Below are positions 13,536 to 27,305 of a stretch of 64,000 bases of DNA, in pieces. The position numbers were made by a program, and so were the translations under genes. The notes beneath the pieces were generated by a model. That model was given only the letters and a program-made list of their open reading frames with translations. It ran no database searches and was not told the origin of the DNA. Every line of letters starts with the position of its first letter. Position 1 is the stretch's first letter. Source of the stretch: Lama glama (lineage: Eukaryota); the NCBI GenBank assembly GCA_028534125.1, contig CM052817.1, forward strand, positions 84,818,001-84,882,000. Reading direction: 5' to 3'.

Positions 13536-14148
13536 TTTTTTGGAATATAAAGTATGTGGTTTTTATTTTTAAATTTTCACTTATTACTTTCATTTATTTT
13601 GATCATTCTTCTTTATTTAAAAATTTTTATTAATTTATAGTCATTTTACAATGTTGTGTCAAATTCCAGTGTAGAGCTCAATTTTTCAGTTATACATGAA
13701 CATATATATATTCATTGTCACATTTTTTTCTCTGTGAACTACCATAAGATCTTATGTATATTTCTCTGTGCTTTACAATATAATCTTGTTTATCTGTTAT
13801 ACAATTTTAAAATCCCATCTATCCCTTCCCACCCTCCACCCCCTTGGCAACCACAAGTTTGTATTCTATGTCTATAAGTCTATTTCTGTTTTGTATTTAT
13901 GCTTTGTTTTTTTTTTTTGTTTGTTTTTTTAGATTCCACATATGAGCAATCTCATATGGTATTTTTCTTTCTCTTTCTGGCTTACTTCACTTAGAATGAC
14001 ATTCTCCAGGAGCATCCATGTTGCTGCAAATGGCATTATGTTGTTGGTTTTTATGGCTGAGTAGTATTCCATTGTATAAATATACCACCTCTTCTTTATC
14101 CAGTCACCTGTTGATGGACATTTAGGCTGTTTCCATGTCTTGGCTATT
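13536..14148 (-). mobile_element. Young 5'-truncated L1 (same family) with extra 3' sequence
   Basis: Antisense L1 3' UTR from ~13617 to 14148. TSD TAGAAGTTCTT at 13525-13535 and 14149-14159. T-tract at 13534-13541. Confidence 0.9.
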
Positions 14149-14439
14149 TAGAAGTTCTTGTAATTTCTATTTTATAGATAAGGGGAGCTGAATAAAGAAA
14201 GATCAGGTAACTTTCCCAGGAGAATATAACCAAGCAGTGACAGAACTGTAACTGTTAACAAAAATAACTTTATTTATCCTATGACTTATCTTTATATAAA
14301 TAGTTGTTGTTAGAATTCATATATTAGATTTGACATTTGGCTAGATTTGATATCCCTTCCAGATTTATCTCATCAACTTGGCATCAATGTCTTCCTCTAT
14401 TAAAATGTTGAACTAAAGAGGACAAGGTCAGTGGAAATT

Positions 14440-15200
14440 ATCTGGAGAGCATCATTTTAAATATCTTTTTCCAAAAAGGCATGTGCCCATTAATTCCTAG
14501 TCTTTGCAGTGGCCACTGAAGAAGTCCACATAAATGTTCTATAATCTAGCCCTATTGCTCCACCTTGCCCACAGGAATATTTTGTGCAACTTTGTCAGAT
14601 ACCTGTTGAAATACAGAAACACTGTGTCTTAAGAATTTCTCTGACCTTTAAGAATGGCAACGTCAAAAATAAAATAAAACAAAATAAATCAAGAAGTCTA
14701 TTCTTACTGAATCTAGTCAGCTTATAATTGTTACATTTTTAACCCTCAAAGATACTTTTAATGATCATCTCAAGAATCATTTCTAGTATCAACCTTAACT
14801 TCATCAGTTTATAGTGTGTAAATCACCTTCACTTTTTTTTAAACAATCTGAACTAATTTTGTCCATATGTAGTCATCTAGCTTCTTCCCATTCATTCTTC
14901 AAATCTTTAAGGGTTATCCCCTAAATATCCTGCCAAGACATCAGCCAGGCTAGAAATTATAGACTCATTTAGATTTTTGACCTAAAGTCCCTTTGACCAT
15001 GGTTTTTGAAACAGATTTCTACTCTGAGATTACTTTGTCTGTTGGAGGAGTCAGAAACATAATACAAGGTGAACATTTCTTTGACAAAAAAATTATGTCT
15101 AGTTTGTGTTCAGAATTGTTCTTATTTAGGTAAATAAAACTTATTTCTAAGACTTCCCAATGTATGGATATATTGCCTGATATTTGTTTAGTATGTTGCA
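14440..15200 (-). mobile_element. L3/CR1 LINE fragment (RT region, highly decayed)
   Basis: CTCCACCTTGCCCACAGGAATAT...ACTTTGTCAGATACCTGTTGAAATACAGAAACACTGTGTCT resembles antisense L3 ORF2 (the YLDFSKAFDKV region). Confidence 0.6.
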
Positions 15201-15437
15201 TTATATCCAGCATTTTTTAGTCTATATTTCCTCAGTTAATTCTGCTTACTCTGTCATTTCTCCTCCTCCTCTTCCATCTTCTTCCTTCCTTCCTCTTTCA
15301 CTTTTTTCTTCTCATTTCTTTATTTTGGCATCACTGTTTCCCTTTATTATTTTTTTTATACTCAGAACACATCTTAAATTGTCTTTTTTTTTTCTCCTTG
15401 GAATTTGTCTTACACCTAAGCTCATTTAGTTATAGTC

Positions 15438-15933
15438 TGTATTAGTTTTTTATTGCTGTTGTAACAAATTACCACAAACTTTGTGGCTTACAGTAACACA
15501 AGCTTATTATCTTATAGATCTGTAGTTTAGAATTTCAACACTGGCTACACTGGGCTTAGATCAAGGTGTAAGCAGGCTGGTACTTCTTTTTGGAGGTTTG
15601 GTGGAGAATTCTTGTCTTTTCCAGCTTCTGGAGGCTCCTTTGGCTTCCGTACTCCTTGTTCATAGTCAACAATGGTAGTTTGAGTACTGTTCACATCATC
15701 TCCTTGACCTTTTTCTGTAGTTACATATGATTGTGACCACAGCAAGGAAAAGTTCTCCACCTATAACAGTTCATGTGGTTAGATTGGGTTCATCTTGATA
15801 ATCCAGAATAATACCTTCTTCTCCATTTAATCACATCTGAAAAATTCCTTTTGCCTGTGTAAGATTGACATTATCACAGGTTGCAGGTATTAGGATGTGA
15901 ACATCTTCTGAGACCATTATTCTGCCTACCACA
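15438..15933 (-). mobile_element. MaLR solo LTR (MLT1D-like)
   Basis: Starts TGTATTAGTTTTTTATTGCTGTTGTAACAAATTACCACAAAC and ends TTATTCTGCCTACCACA. Confidence 0.9.
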
Positions 15934-17251
15934 CAATCTTAAGTAGCAGGCCTGCATTCCTGTCTTGCTTATGCCTTACTTCCTTTGTATATTTTAAAAA
16001 TATCTGATCATATGGAAGAAGAACAACTTGTGAAGATTTAGTGTTTATTAAGGCGCCATCACCTTTCCTTCGTAACTGAGATAACATGCTCTTACTTGGT
16101 GGAAATCTTATTTTTGAATCTCAATCATTTTTGAAATATCTTTCTATTAGAATCTCAGACCATGGTCCTAACATTTTTGAACTGTTTGTACTCTCAAGTC
16201 CAGAATTCTCATAAATTTGCAGTGATAATGTTTTCTCTTTCCTACGCCTAAACGCAGTCAAACTTGAAAAATGAATTCTCATAGATTTGCTCAGATTGTG
16301 CTTAAACTAACTGAGAATATACAATTGCATTTATATTAACTTTTCTGAACACATATATGGAGTGGTAATATATGCAGTGATAAGAAATGTGTGTAGTAGA
16401 GAGATATTGTTTGGATCTTTCTCTCTGCATGTGGTGAAAGCTTGTGAAGAGACAGGCCATGTGGTCAGATTTTTAACAGTGCTTTATTGGCCTCAATTAT
16501 TTGTCTGCTTATTAAAGGAAGTTATGCTACAGGCTTCTTTGTCTCTGTGAACCAGGAATGTTATGTTTACCATTTTTGTGCATATGCCATTAAATTCAGT
16601 GTTCCCAAATAGTATGTGTACATTATTATTTTAAAAAACATACATCATTAAATCCTACATCTCAAAGAAATTTTTCTCTGGAGTCCATTTCTGTTTCACC
16701 CATCCTTCTATTCACATTTTCTATACTACCTTGTCATATACCTTTAATTAGCTAGTATCTTTTTATATATTCACATCACATTTTTGCAAGGTAGATAAAA
16801 GAAATTGCTCTCAAGTGACAGGATTTTTACTTGCTGTGTTTCAGCTTAAAACATACTTTTCCCCCACAAAAACTAGTTTTATAAACATTTGCGAAGCTGA
16901 CTGCATAAAGGAAATTGCTGACACAACTTAACTGCATCTATAATCGTGCAAATGATATGACTGCATGGGGAGAGCGAAGATGATAGAAGCAAAAATTGGG
17001 CTATATTTTCAAGTTAAGTCTCAGTATGAAAAAAGAGACTAATGCCGTTTAGTTATAATTTGAAGTATTTGGAATATTTTTACATTGTTGATACTTGGCC
17101 AGAGTGCTCCAAACAGAGATTTGTGTCTTATAGACCAAATGGGGCTGTGTGTATTTGCCTGTAGACTAAAGGTGTCTAATAATTTGAGAAGAGACAGAAC
17201 ATGCTGTGGTCTAGAAAAATTTACCTAACCTTCAGGTTTGTTCATTGGTTC

Positions 17252-17333
<82 letters not shown>

Positions 17334-17390
17334 CTCTTTTCTCTCTTTTCTCTCTTTCTCTCTTTCTCTCTTTCTTTCTCTCTTTCTCTC

Positions 17391-17423
<33 letters not shown>

Positions 17424-17482
17424 TTCTTTCTCTCCCTTTCTTTCTTTCTTTCTTTCATTCATTCATTCATTCATTCATTCAT
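17252..17482. repeat. Compound microsatellite (TTTC)n/(TC)n/(TTCA)n
   Basis: Read directly from the sequence. It explains the low-complexity ORFs at 17201-17631. Confidence 0.98.
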
Positions 17483-18015
17483 TTAAGGAATATTATAGTG
17501 CCTTTCTCTGTGGTGCCAGAGGGCTCATCATAAAGTCTGCAAATTGTATATATATTTTAGACTGTTGTATTAGACTATTATATCTGCTCCATCAGACCTC
17601 TTTCCCTTTGTCTTTAATACAGAATCTATGAACATGAACAGTTTCTGCAGCTCCAGATATTTATGTTTTCACACTTTCCTTAAGTTAGGATCAGGGTTCT
17701 TCTGAGTAGCTGTTTAAATCGGATATACTTGTCTAGTAAATTTCTGCTTTAGTGTACTAGAGTTCTTCTCTTCCCTACCAGTATATCTGGAAGGCCTTTG
17801 TGTTTTGTTGGATCTGTAGTTCCTATTAGACAGAAGACCAGTCTTACCCCAATCTTGCCTGCTTCCACTTACTGACTGTACGATTTACCACTTCTAAACC
17901 TCAGTGTTTAAATCTCCGAAATGATGAAGTGAAAGCCCGTTACCTCTAACCTGAGCTAACCTTACCTCCAAGATTGTTCAGCTAGGTTTCTAAGATGCTG
18001 GTAATACTGGTATGA

Positions 18016-18252
18016 CTAATATTTATTGAATACTTAATTGTGTGCCAGGTACTCTTCTAAGTACTCTACTTGTGTGAAAGCCTTTCATCTTTGCCTAAAC
18101 TATGAAGTGGATTCTGTAATTTTCCATTCCATAGATGAGGAAAATGAGACACAGAAAGGTCAAGGAACTAGTCATGGGTAACACAGCTTGAAAGTGTCAG
18201 AAGTGGGATGTGAATGCAGAAATCTGGATCTAGAGCTCACTCGCTTTACAAC
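18016..18252 (-). mobile_element. MIR SINE, near full length
   Basis: ATTTATTGAATACTTA...TGTGCCAGGTACT...ATAGATGAGGAAAATGAGACACAGAAAGGTCAAG. Confidence 0.85.
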
Positions 18253-19479
18253 TCTTACCAGAATCCTTCTTTGGCAGCTAGGTACCCTTCCTGCTGCAGC
18301 CAGTCTTAAGATAAATCATGAAGTAGACGATGTTACTTCTACTCCAGAGGGCATTTCCCTTCCTACCCCAAGTCTGTCAAGTGCCTCATGCTGCCCCACC
18401 TCCGTATCTAGAGCTTGTCACTCTAAAACTTTCCATGTACCAAAGATGTATGCACTTCTTATGTTTCCAACCTTGAGTGTTGTTTCTTTAGGATTCTGCT
18501 TTTACGTTGAAAAACTGATAAACAGATTCAAAGTAAGGGCAAAACAACATGTTTAATGGGGAGAGATATTTCAGGAAGAAAAATATTTTTCTCTGAATCT
18601 AAATTTGAGTATATAAGTGGCTAGCTATGCGATTAAGCATATGACTGATGCATGTCTGGGTCCTTTTGACACACACCAATAGATTAAATTTTTTTTCATG
18701 TTTCTTTCTGCTGCCCAATAAAACCAGAAATGGATGCCAAATGCCTGCCTTTTACATCCTGAGTTTTCCTAGAATGTTTTAAATTTCATCTGGATCTTTG
18801 TGCTGCATTATGTCCCTGTAAAACAGAAGAGTATTATTTTAAAAATGCACTTCTTAGAGTCATAATTAGGAATAAAGATAAAAATTAAGAAATTTCAATT
18901 TTAAGTTACAGTATCTGTAAAAAGCCAAGACAGAAAATTTTATTAAAGTTATTTTACTGAATTAAGACCTAAGAAGAGTTATAGTTTTAAAAAAATGTAA
19001 TATACTTTTAGTTTTTGAGCCTTGCTAATTGCAAGCTCACTGAAACACAGTATTAAAAACTCTCACAAAAGTGTTTGATTTATACCATTCTTGTTTTGCC
19101 AACTTTGTGGCTAGATAATCCTTTAGAGACAATTTTGAACTGTTTGAACAAGCTTATTCTGAGATCATGTGTAAACAATTTATTTATATGTGATTATACC
19201 GTCCACACTATCTTCTGTTCCTTTGCTCTTTATTTTTCCAGAGGATTATAGCAGATGTTTTAAATTTTGTGAGAAAGGTCAGGTTGTTCTCTTCTCTCAA
19301 TTGCCATGAGGAAGAATACCAATGAAAAGCTATTTGTTATATTATGCTTAGGTAGTTGCATTTATCCTCTCGAAAATCAAGTTTACTTTGGAGAAGTTAT
19401 GGATGAAGTAATGGCTGCATTACTTAAGCTGTGAAGACTAAAAGCTCTTGATCCATAGTAGAAATAAAAATTGAAGTGC

Positions 19480-19695
19480 TTCCTTAGTACCTTGTGCCTA
19501 ACTTCGATCTTGGCACTAGTCACACTAATCACGTTGCCCATCTCCTTGTCTATCCCTCCATTACACTGGGAGCTCCTCAAGGCAGGTGTTGTATTTACAC
19601 AAGGGAGTATATATCTGGCTAAGCACGGGACCGAGGACACCACGGGATACTCATTCAGTGTTTGTTTTGTTTTTAAGGAATAAATGAATAAATGG
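19480..19695 (+). mobile_element. L2 3' end
   Basis: CACTGGGAGCTCCTCAAGGCAGG...GAATAAATGAATAAATG terminus. Confidence 0.7.
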
Positions 19696-20529
19696 ATTCT
19701 GGGCCATTTCAGTTAGTAAGTCACGTTTATTTTTCTAGCAAACAATAGATAACCACACCATGGGGTGGGCAGTGCAAGATATATTCACAGTGTGTTTGTG
19801 TGTATGTGTATATATAGAAATAAAGCATAAACAGTGAGAAGGATGGTGGTTTCATAGAAGTATAACATAATATGTAATTTAATACACACAAATGTAATGC
19901 AGTAATATAATAAAAGTGGTAGATTTGGGTGGAGAGAGCACCTATTTAGGTTATCATTTTCTAAGAATTAGAAAATGAAGACATGATTTTATATATCCTA
20001 GTGAAGGCTTGGTTTAGTTTTTATTTAATAACTTTTGAGTGTTTTTAGCAATGAGAGAAAAATCAATCTTTGAGGGCCTGTTGTGTTTTGGGGGAGGTAT
20101 AGCTAAGAAATCAGTGCCAGTTAACTCTGAAGATATATTTCCAGTGGTTCTGTTGTAGTTCAGTTGCTCAGGAAGAAAACCATCCTCAATTGGTTAAGGG
20201 GCTGATACCTCACTAACAAATGTATACCTTGGGATTCTGTGTCTTTGCTTTAGCCTAACTTAGTCTAACTGGAGTCAGCCTAACTTTAGTCATCTTGGAG
20301 GGGATTTATACCTCCTACCGGCAAGTCATTTGTTACAAAAGGAAGGAGCAATGTAGGCAGCCTACAGAAGATATTCAGTTTAATTTGTAAATTTTTACTT
20401 AGTTTTTTATTAATAGAGGTAGTCCTTGCTAGTATTCAGAATTCAACAGGAATGACTGCTAGTGTGAAACAAGGAATGGCATGATGATTAATGGAAAAAC
20501 TAACAAATCTTATTGACAATTCCCCAACA

Positions 20530-20690
20530 ATTTTATTGTGTCTTCAATAGTACATACCGTCCTTATTTGTAATTGTATTTTTTTTTGATACTTGTCTTTC
20601 TCCACAACTAAACAATGAACTCTTTAAAGGCAGAGTCCTCTTTATCTCTTTATCACTAGTACTTAGCACAGTGCCTGATTGATTGAAAGG
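20530..20690 (+). mobile_element. L2 3' end
   Basis: TTGTCTTTCTCCACAACTAAAC...AAGGCAGAG...TAGCACAGTGCCTG. Confidence 0.65.
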
Positions 20691-21263
20691 ATGCCTGAGG
20701 TAAGATAGGACAAGAATATAGTTTCTATTGACAACCTGCTTAAAATTAAACTTAACTTTTGTCTAACACAGTCATCTCTGATCATCAGATTATTGGTTCT
20801 AATTGGTATGCTGGGCTGGCAATGATCGATGCTGCACTTCGTGATACAATTTAGATGTTGTCAGGTCATCTTAAGGTGAGGTCTATAAAAATTAAGGGGT
20901 TCTTAAAACCTGAAATAGTTCAGACAAACCATGGCCCATTGATCAGTGATCTTTCCTCACTTCCATAGACATTCAGTTTGAGAGGTTCTTTGTCCAGTGA
21001 ACTGGCACACGCTACTCTTCTTTCACTTTAATCAATATTATAGCATGTTCTGATTCACTTCAAGATCAGAACTTCAAGTCTACTTGCTTTCATGCAAGTG
21101 AATCCTGTAAGTACTGTGTGTTAGCTTGATGACTATAAAGTAACCACTGACAACAGATGGAATTACAACACAGATACCTTAGCCATTATCACCTGACTTT
21201 TTAAAAAATAAGATTAGGTTACTTCATCTTATTTACCTGATACAGGAGAACTGGATCGCATGC

Positions 21264-21291
21264 TTTTTTTTTTTTTTTTTTTTTTTTTTTT
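21264..21291. repeat. Poly(T) tract, 28 nt
   Basis: Read directly from the sequence. Confidence 0.95.
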
Positions 21292-21429
21292 GCATGAGAG
21301 AAGATATTCATGAAGAAGAAGGTCTCCAAGGACTTCTGTCATTAAAACTTTGGTAGAAATGACCAAAAATCATGGCATCAGAAGATAATACCATATGAGA
21401 TAATTATTTATCTGTGGTTTCACAACAGC

Positions 21430-21945
21430 ATTCCTGTTATACTTTTCTCTGTCTGCACTAGCGTGGCTCAGATTTTGGATATACATTTTCCTGAGTCCCT
21501 TGCCAGCTGGCTTGCTGCTATGTTCTAGCAATAGGGAATATTGTTAAAAAATCAGAAGGCTAGAAATTGGGGAAACTTCCTGTTTCAGGCTTCAATGACA
21601 TTGCAGTTGTTGACAGTCCCTGTAATCTTCTGGGAGTTTCTGTAGCAGCAGAAGTGGTGGAGTGATTCTGGATGCCAGTAGCTTGGACAGAAAAAAACAT
21701 TTTTTCAGTAGTTCCTACACAGTTCCGGGTGGCACATATTTGACAGATCTGGAACTTACTGCAACAGTGTCTCTAAATTGGAGTAGCAGGTACAGCCCTA
21801 GTGGGTTCTGGCCTGGAAGGGTTAACAGGCTCTGATTTTACCTTTCCTTCTCCTTTTTCTTCCAACCCTTCCAACATAACTCATTCCTTATATTAACTTC
21901 CCTCTGTTTGATATACCTAGAGTGCATTATGTTTTTTTCAAGCAA
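21430..21945 (+). mobile_element. ERVL-class LTR (LTR33/LTR41-type), decayed
   Basis: GAGTCCCTTGCCAGCTGGCTT...CAATAGGGA and 3' part ATTAACTTCCCTCTGTTTGATATACCTAGAGTG. Confidence 0.6.
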
Positions 21946-22329
21946 ACATTGTCCTTTTAGGTTTCTTTAGATTTCTTTAGATTTCTATTCAGTGAACAAA
22001 AGATTACCAAATACCAAAGTGTAAAATGTGTACAAAAATGCATGTATAAGCATGGCTAAATTTGTGTTTGTTTTTGGAGAATGGATCTCCAGACATACTT
22101 TTGAGTCATTTATATTATAAAAGCAAAGCTCAGATATGACTGTAATGTTTCTTGGTTCTCTCAATGGTAGTATCTAATGTTCATCACAGGATTGTGATGA
22201 AGGATTAGGGGGGTTGGGAACTGTAACTTTACTTATTTTTGTATTCCTAGAAATTAACTTTGTGGCATAATGATACATTTCCCTTTTTAATCCATTCTCA
22301 GACTATAGTCAGTGCAGTGTATCTCCCCT

Positions 22330-22800
22330 TAACTACTTAAGATCATTCAGTGTCTCCTTACCAACCTTAGAATAAAATCCAAATTTTTTAGAGTGGCTTG
22401 CTTGGATGTTTATATTTTGAGCATTGTTTACCTTTGCCAACGTCATCTCTTGCTTCTTGATCAGACTCTTCAAACTTTTTGTTCCACCTGAACTGAACAC
22501 CTTATAGTTCTGCCAAAGTCTCACACTATGTCTCACCTCTGGGTATTGTCATATAGATGACCCTTTAAATCTGAACATTGTCTTCTCTTATTTTCTAGTG
22601 TTTTTTCCATATGTATACCTCAGTTTTCAGCTTTTTAATTATTGGTTTTTCTTCATACTTTCCCAAGTCCCCCAGTCTTGCTTAGAAACCTTTCTAAATA
22701 CTCCCAGTGCATTCTTTTCCTCCTTTATCATAGTATTTAACATACTGTTTTGCAATTTCCTGCTTAATTATATCACAGCATGTTCAATAGGACTTTTTGT
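22330..22800 (+). mobile_element. L2 fragment
   Basis: CTTAGAATAAAATCCAAA, CTCACCTCTGGG and a pyrimidine-rich L2 3' region. Confidence 0.55.
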
Positions 22801-23109
22801 TATGCAGGGATACTGACTAAATTCCTAAAGTTGAAGAAAATAGGTACACCTGCATTCTCAAGATGCAAGAAATCTGTTTCCAAACTTACCACGCTTTCCA
22901 AACTTTTCTGTAATCCTCACTGTCATTCCTGCTAACCTTTAACCAACCTATATAAAGAGGATTTTAGACATTCAGAGGAATTGGTTGAAACAGGAAAGCC
23001 AGTGAGAGATAGTGTGACATAGACCCAGAGAAAGCGCTTTGGATTTTTATTTCTTATTTGGCAGAGAGGAAAAGGGGCTGTCTTTCTCTCTTTAAGCCAA
23101 ATAAAAAAG

Positions 23110-23594
23110 TGTGATGGTTGAGTTTGTGTCAACTGGACTGACCACTGTGCCCAGATATGTGATCAAACATTATTCTGAATGTTTTTGTGAGATTGTTTTT
23201 GGATAAGATTAACATTTAGATGGGTGGATTTTAAGTAATGCAAATGGTCCTCTATAATGTGGGTGGGCCTCATCAAATCAGTTGAAGGTATAAGTAGAAG
23301 AATAGACTGACCTTCCTCAAGCAAGAGGGAATTCTGCCATCAAACAATTTTCAAATGTGAACTGCAGCATTGGCTCCCCTGAGTGTCTAGCCGGTTGGCT
23401 TTTAGACTAAAACTACAGCAACAGCGTTCCTTGGTCTCCAGTCTGCCAGCCCACCCTGCAGATTTTGGCTTTACCAGCCTCCATAATCACATGTGGCAAT
23501 AACTTAAAATCCATACATACATACATACATATGTATGTGTTTATATATTTATCACCTGTTGGTTATGCTTCTCTGGAGAACCCTGATTAATACC
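23110..23594 (+). mobile_element. ERVL solo LTR (MLT2-family)
   Basis: Starts TGTGATGGTTGAGTTTGTGTCAACTGGACTG, contains TAATGTGGGTGGGCCTCATCAAATCAGTTGAAGG, and ends TCTCTGGAGAACCCTGATTAATAC. Confidence 0.92.
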
Positions 23595-24329
23595 AAGGAG
23601 TATCAAGAGTCTGAATGTACCTACAAGCATGGAAGACTGATATTTTAGTCATTGCCTAAATGTTTGCTGAGCTTCACTTGTAAGCGCACCCCGAAAGTAA
23701 CAGAGTGGAGCACAGTGAAAGAGTTGTTGTGCAAGAATGTCACATGGTTTCTCGAGATTAGGGCCATCGATGAACAAAAGACCAATGCCAACTGCTTTCC
23801 TGAGCACTCTGAAGGCAGGATGTTGCCTGGAGCAGCCTCGTATGGCAAGAGGAGCTGACAGGGCAGTGGTGTTACAATGTGAATTTCCCTTTGTTTGGTG
23901 GTGGCAATTATGCATTAGACAACTATGGCCATGGAGAAACTGTAGAAAAGAACCAAGCTCAAGAGCTGTCTTGAAGGCAGCCTTATCCAGGCAGTACACT
24001 GATAGAATAAGGGGATCCAGTCAGTACGAGATGATGTGATGTTCTGTTAGGGGACAGATCCTCCTGGGGTCACTCAGCCTATATTTGTGCATCTCAAAAT
24101 GCCTGTCATACAGGATTCCTGCCACACAAGAGTAGATTATAATAGTATCACATGAAACATTTGTTTTCTTTCCTATTTTTACTCTTACAAATGAAATGAG
24201 CCAGAAGCACCATGAAGACAAGGAGTAAGAAAACACCCTCTGCATGTAGGATAGGTCCCTAGCCAAAGTCAGGCCTGTCCCAGTGGTAGGATGTTAGGCC
24301 AAGTGTTTTGTATCAGATACCATGAAGTT

Positions 24330-24904
24330 AGCCCACTGTGAATTTAGGAGGCACAGTGCAAATAAGACCTCTCACTTCTGTCACCAGTTTTAAATCTGAG
24401 GGTTTATCCAAACCATTCTCAGTTTCAAAATTTGTTAGAAGGACTCAGAACTCACTGAAAGATGTTGTAGTCAGGGTTACAGTTTTTCCAGGGTTAAGAA
24501 TACAGATTAGAACCACCCAAGAGAATAAGTGTATCAGGAAGAGGAAAAGTACCAAAAGTAGAGATTCTGTTGTCCTCACCCCTTGGAGTCATGACATTGT
24601 TACTTACTTAGCATCAATGTGTGTCAGTACCTGTGGAGTACTGCCAACCAGGAAAGCTCACCTGAGCCTTGTTCAGAATTTTACCTGGGGCTCCATGGTT
24701 GACTGTCCAGATGGCTGACTATAATCTCCATCCCTTCTGGAGGAAGAGTGGATCCTGTGTGGCCCAAAGCCCTCATCATAAGTCACATTGTTAGGTGACC
24801 TGGTGGCCAGGGTCCCCATGTATACCCAGATATTCTTCCTACACCTCTCAGATGAGGCAAAGGCAAGACCTCTCTTTGGGTAAGGTTATATTTTTTGCTG
24901 CACA
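24330..24904 (-). mobile_element. MER21-like LTR
   Basis: TAGAAGGACTCAGAACTCACTGAAAG, AATACAGATTAGAA and end GGCAAAGGCAAGACCTCTCTTTGGGTAAGGTTA...CACA. Confidence 0.75.
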
Positions 24905-25699
24905 AATGTGAATTTTGATTTAAGAATTTCTGATCAGCAAAAGGGACATGTAAATAGAACATGTTTGAATAAAGGCATTCCTTGAAACCAGTTTTTTTAC
25001 ATCTACTGAATTTAGACTTAATAATCCAGTTATGCATATATGTCTTCTCAACTGGAAGTGAGCTCTGTGAAAACAGGGATGATACCTTTCTTTTCTTCAC
25101 AGCCCAGCAAGCTATAATTAATACAGACCCTGAAGAAACATTTGTCTAATAAGTGAATAAAGACTTACCACAAAACTTGTAGTAGACCCATCACTGCAGA
25201 GCTGCACTGGTATGATATAGGTACCCCTGATGATTGTGATAGAGTTATAAATGGTCAGAGCCTCAGTGATAAAGCCATCACCTTCAGTCTAAATAGAATA
25301 AAGAGAAAGAAGACTCTGGTATTCTGCTTACTACCTTATTAGCCTTCTGGGGGTAGCAAAAGTATCCAGGAGTTACTAGGGCGACAACAATTGCTTGTAA
25401 GTTTCAAATACAGACTTTGTCTTTTTTTTTGTTTAAAACAATTTATGATCAGAGCCAAGCAGTTAATAACATACGATTTATGTCCTGAAAGCTTCAGAGA
25501 TGGGTAGTGATGCTCTGGAAGGATTCTTTCAAGATGGCTTTAAGCCAGTATATGTGTGGTGCAGCATGACAAATACGTTCCAAAGTTTTAATACCATTAA
25601 TTTTAAATCTGACATAGGATGACAGTTTTAACATAGGATTAAAGTTTTAACAAAAAGGATATTTTATGACTGAGATTCATGAATAATGCCTTTTCTTTT

Positions 25700-27305
25700 A
25701 AATAAACTTTTGATTTTAGAAAAGTTTTAAATTTATAGAAAAGTTTTGAAGACTGTACAGAGTTCCCACATACCCTGTGCCAAATTTCCCTTATTATTAA
25801 GATCTTAGATTAGTAATGGCACACTTGTCACAGTTAATGAACCAATATTGATATATTACTATTAATTAAAGTCCATACTTTATTCAAATTTTCTTAGTTT
25901 TTACCTAATGTTCTTTTTTAGTTCCAGGATCCCACATTACACTTAATTATCATCTCTTTAGGTTCTTCTTGGCTGAGACAGTTTCTCAGACTTTTTTTTT
26001 TCTTTTTAATAGTCTTGACAGTGTGGTCCAACTATTTTGCAGAATGTCTCAATTGCGATGTGTCTGTTATTTTCTCATGTTTAAACTAGGGTTATACATT
26101 TTTGGTAGGAAGACCACAGAGCTAAAGTGCTATTTTCATCACATCATAAAAAGGCTGCATGCTCTCTGCATAACTTATCACTGTTGCCCTTTGTGATCTT
26201 GAACACTTAAGTTTCAAAGTGTGTGGAGAGAAAATCACTATGTGCAGTGCACTCTTAAGAACTTGTTATGCGTCACCTCTTTGAGCATGAATTAGCCACA
26301 TGAATTATTTGGGATTTTTCTAGATGGAAGATTTATCTATTTTCCTCCATGTATTTATTTAGTTATTTATTAATACGAGTATAGACTCATGGGTATTTAT
26401 AGTACATTTTAAGTTATAATCCAATCCTATTTTAATATGCTGCCCAAATTATTTCATCTTTAGAGACTGGGACCTCTTCCGATTGCCTTTCATGTCCATT
26501 TGACATATCTCTAACATGATGCTTTTTATTGAACACTTCCTTAATTTTGGCACTACGAGAAGTTCCAACTCATCTTAACATGTTTCTTGCCCCAGTCCTG
26601 GAGCTCCAAGGAGCCCTGGTTCCTTTTACTGGAGAATACTCTCATAAACCAAGTTTTTTGTGCTAGGTGTGCTTATTGTTGCTTCAAACTTTCTTTCCTT
26701 GCTGAAGGTAATCTAATCCAAAGTGAGAAACATGACCTTACTTTCTGCCATCTATTTACTAAATTTTCCAATTCCAGTAGAGTGGTTTCAGCATTGCTAA
26801 CCCATACCCCCATGGAAACAACTTTGTTAGCCAGATTACAGTGCTTATATATACTCCTTCTGCCTTTTTTCTTGTGATTTCTGTGCTTTTGCAAAGTTAC
26901 AGAGTGAGCATGTTTTCTCCTCAGCCTCTTTAGTGAGATTATTTCATACACTTTTGATAGGATTAGATCCTTTTTGTCGTAGTCCATCCTGGAATACGAG
27001 GTACTCCTAGATGAGTTTGCCTATGTTTTATACATTACGTTTTACTCCTTGTGCTGTAAGTTTCTATGGGTTTTGACAAATGCATAGTATCATATAACCA
27101 GTATCACAGTACCATACTGAATAGTTTTATTGCCTCCGCAACTCCCATGTGCTTCACTTATTCAGTCTTCCTCTTTCCCCAACTCCTGTTCTGTTTGCCA
27201 TTCCTATAAATTTTGTTTCGCATAATGTCATACAAATTGGGTCATGTAGTATGTGGCCTTTTCAGACTGGCTTCTTCTGCCTCGCAATGTATATTCAAGA
27301 GCACT
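25700..27305 (-). mobile_element. Old L1 (L1MC/L1MD-type) 3' region
   Basis: ACAGAGTTCCCACATACCC, TTAATGAACCAATATTGATA, GTTCCAGGATCCCA and TATGGGTTTTGACAAATGCATA. Confidence 0.85.

Noticed and set aside
17201..17631. Five overlapping ORFs rich in F/L/S or K/E/R
   Set aside because: They are translations of the TTTC/TC microsatellite.
21258..21296. Poly(T)28 flanked by GCATG, as a solo poly(A) retro-insertion
   Set aside because: A 5-bp flanking repeat is too short to call a TSD, and slippage explains it equally well.
23645..24266. Cluster of overlapping 67-116 aa ORFs
   Set aside because: No recognisable domain or splice framework. It sits between two LTRs and is probably old repeat-derived DNA that I cannot classify.
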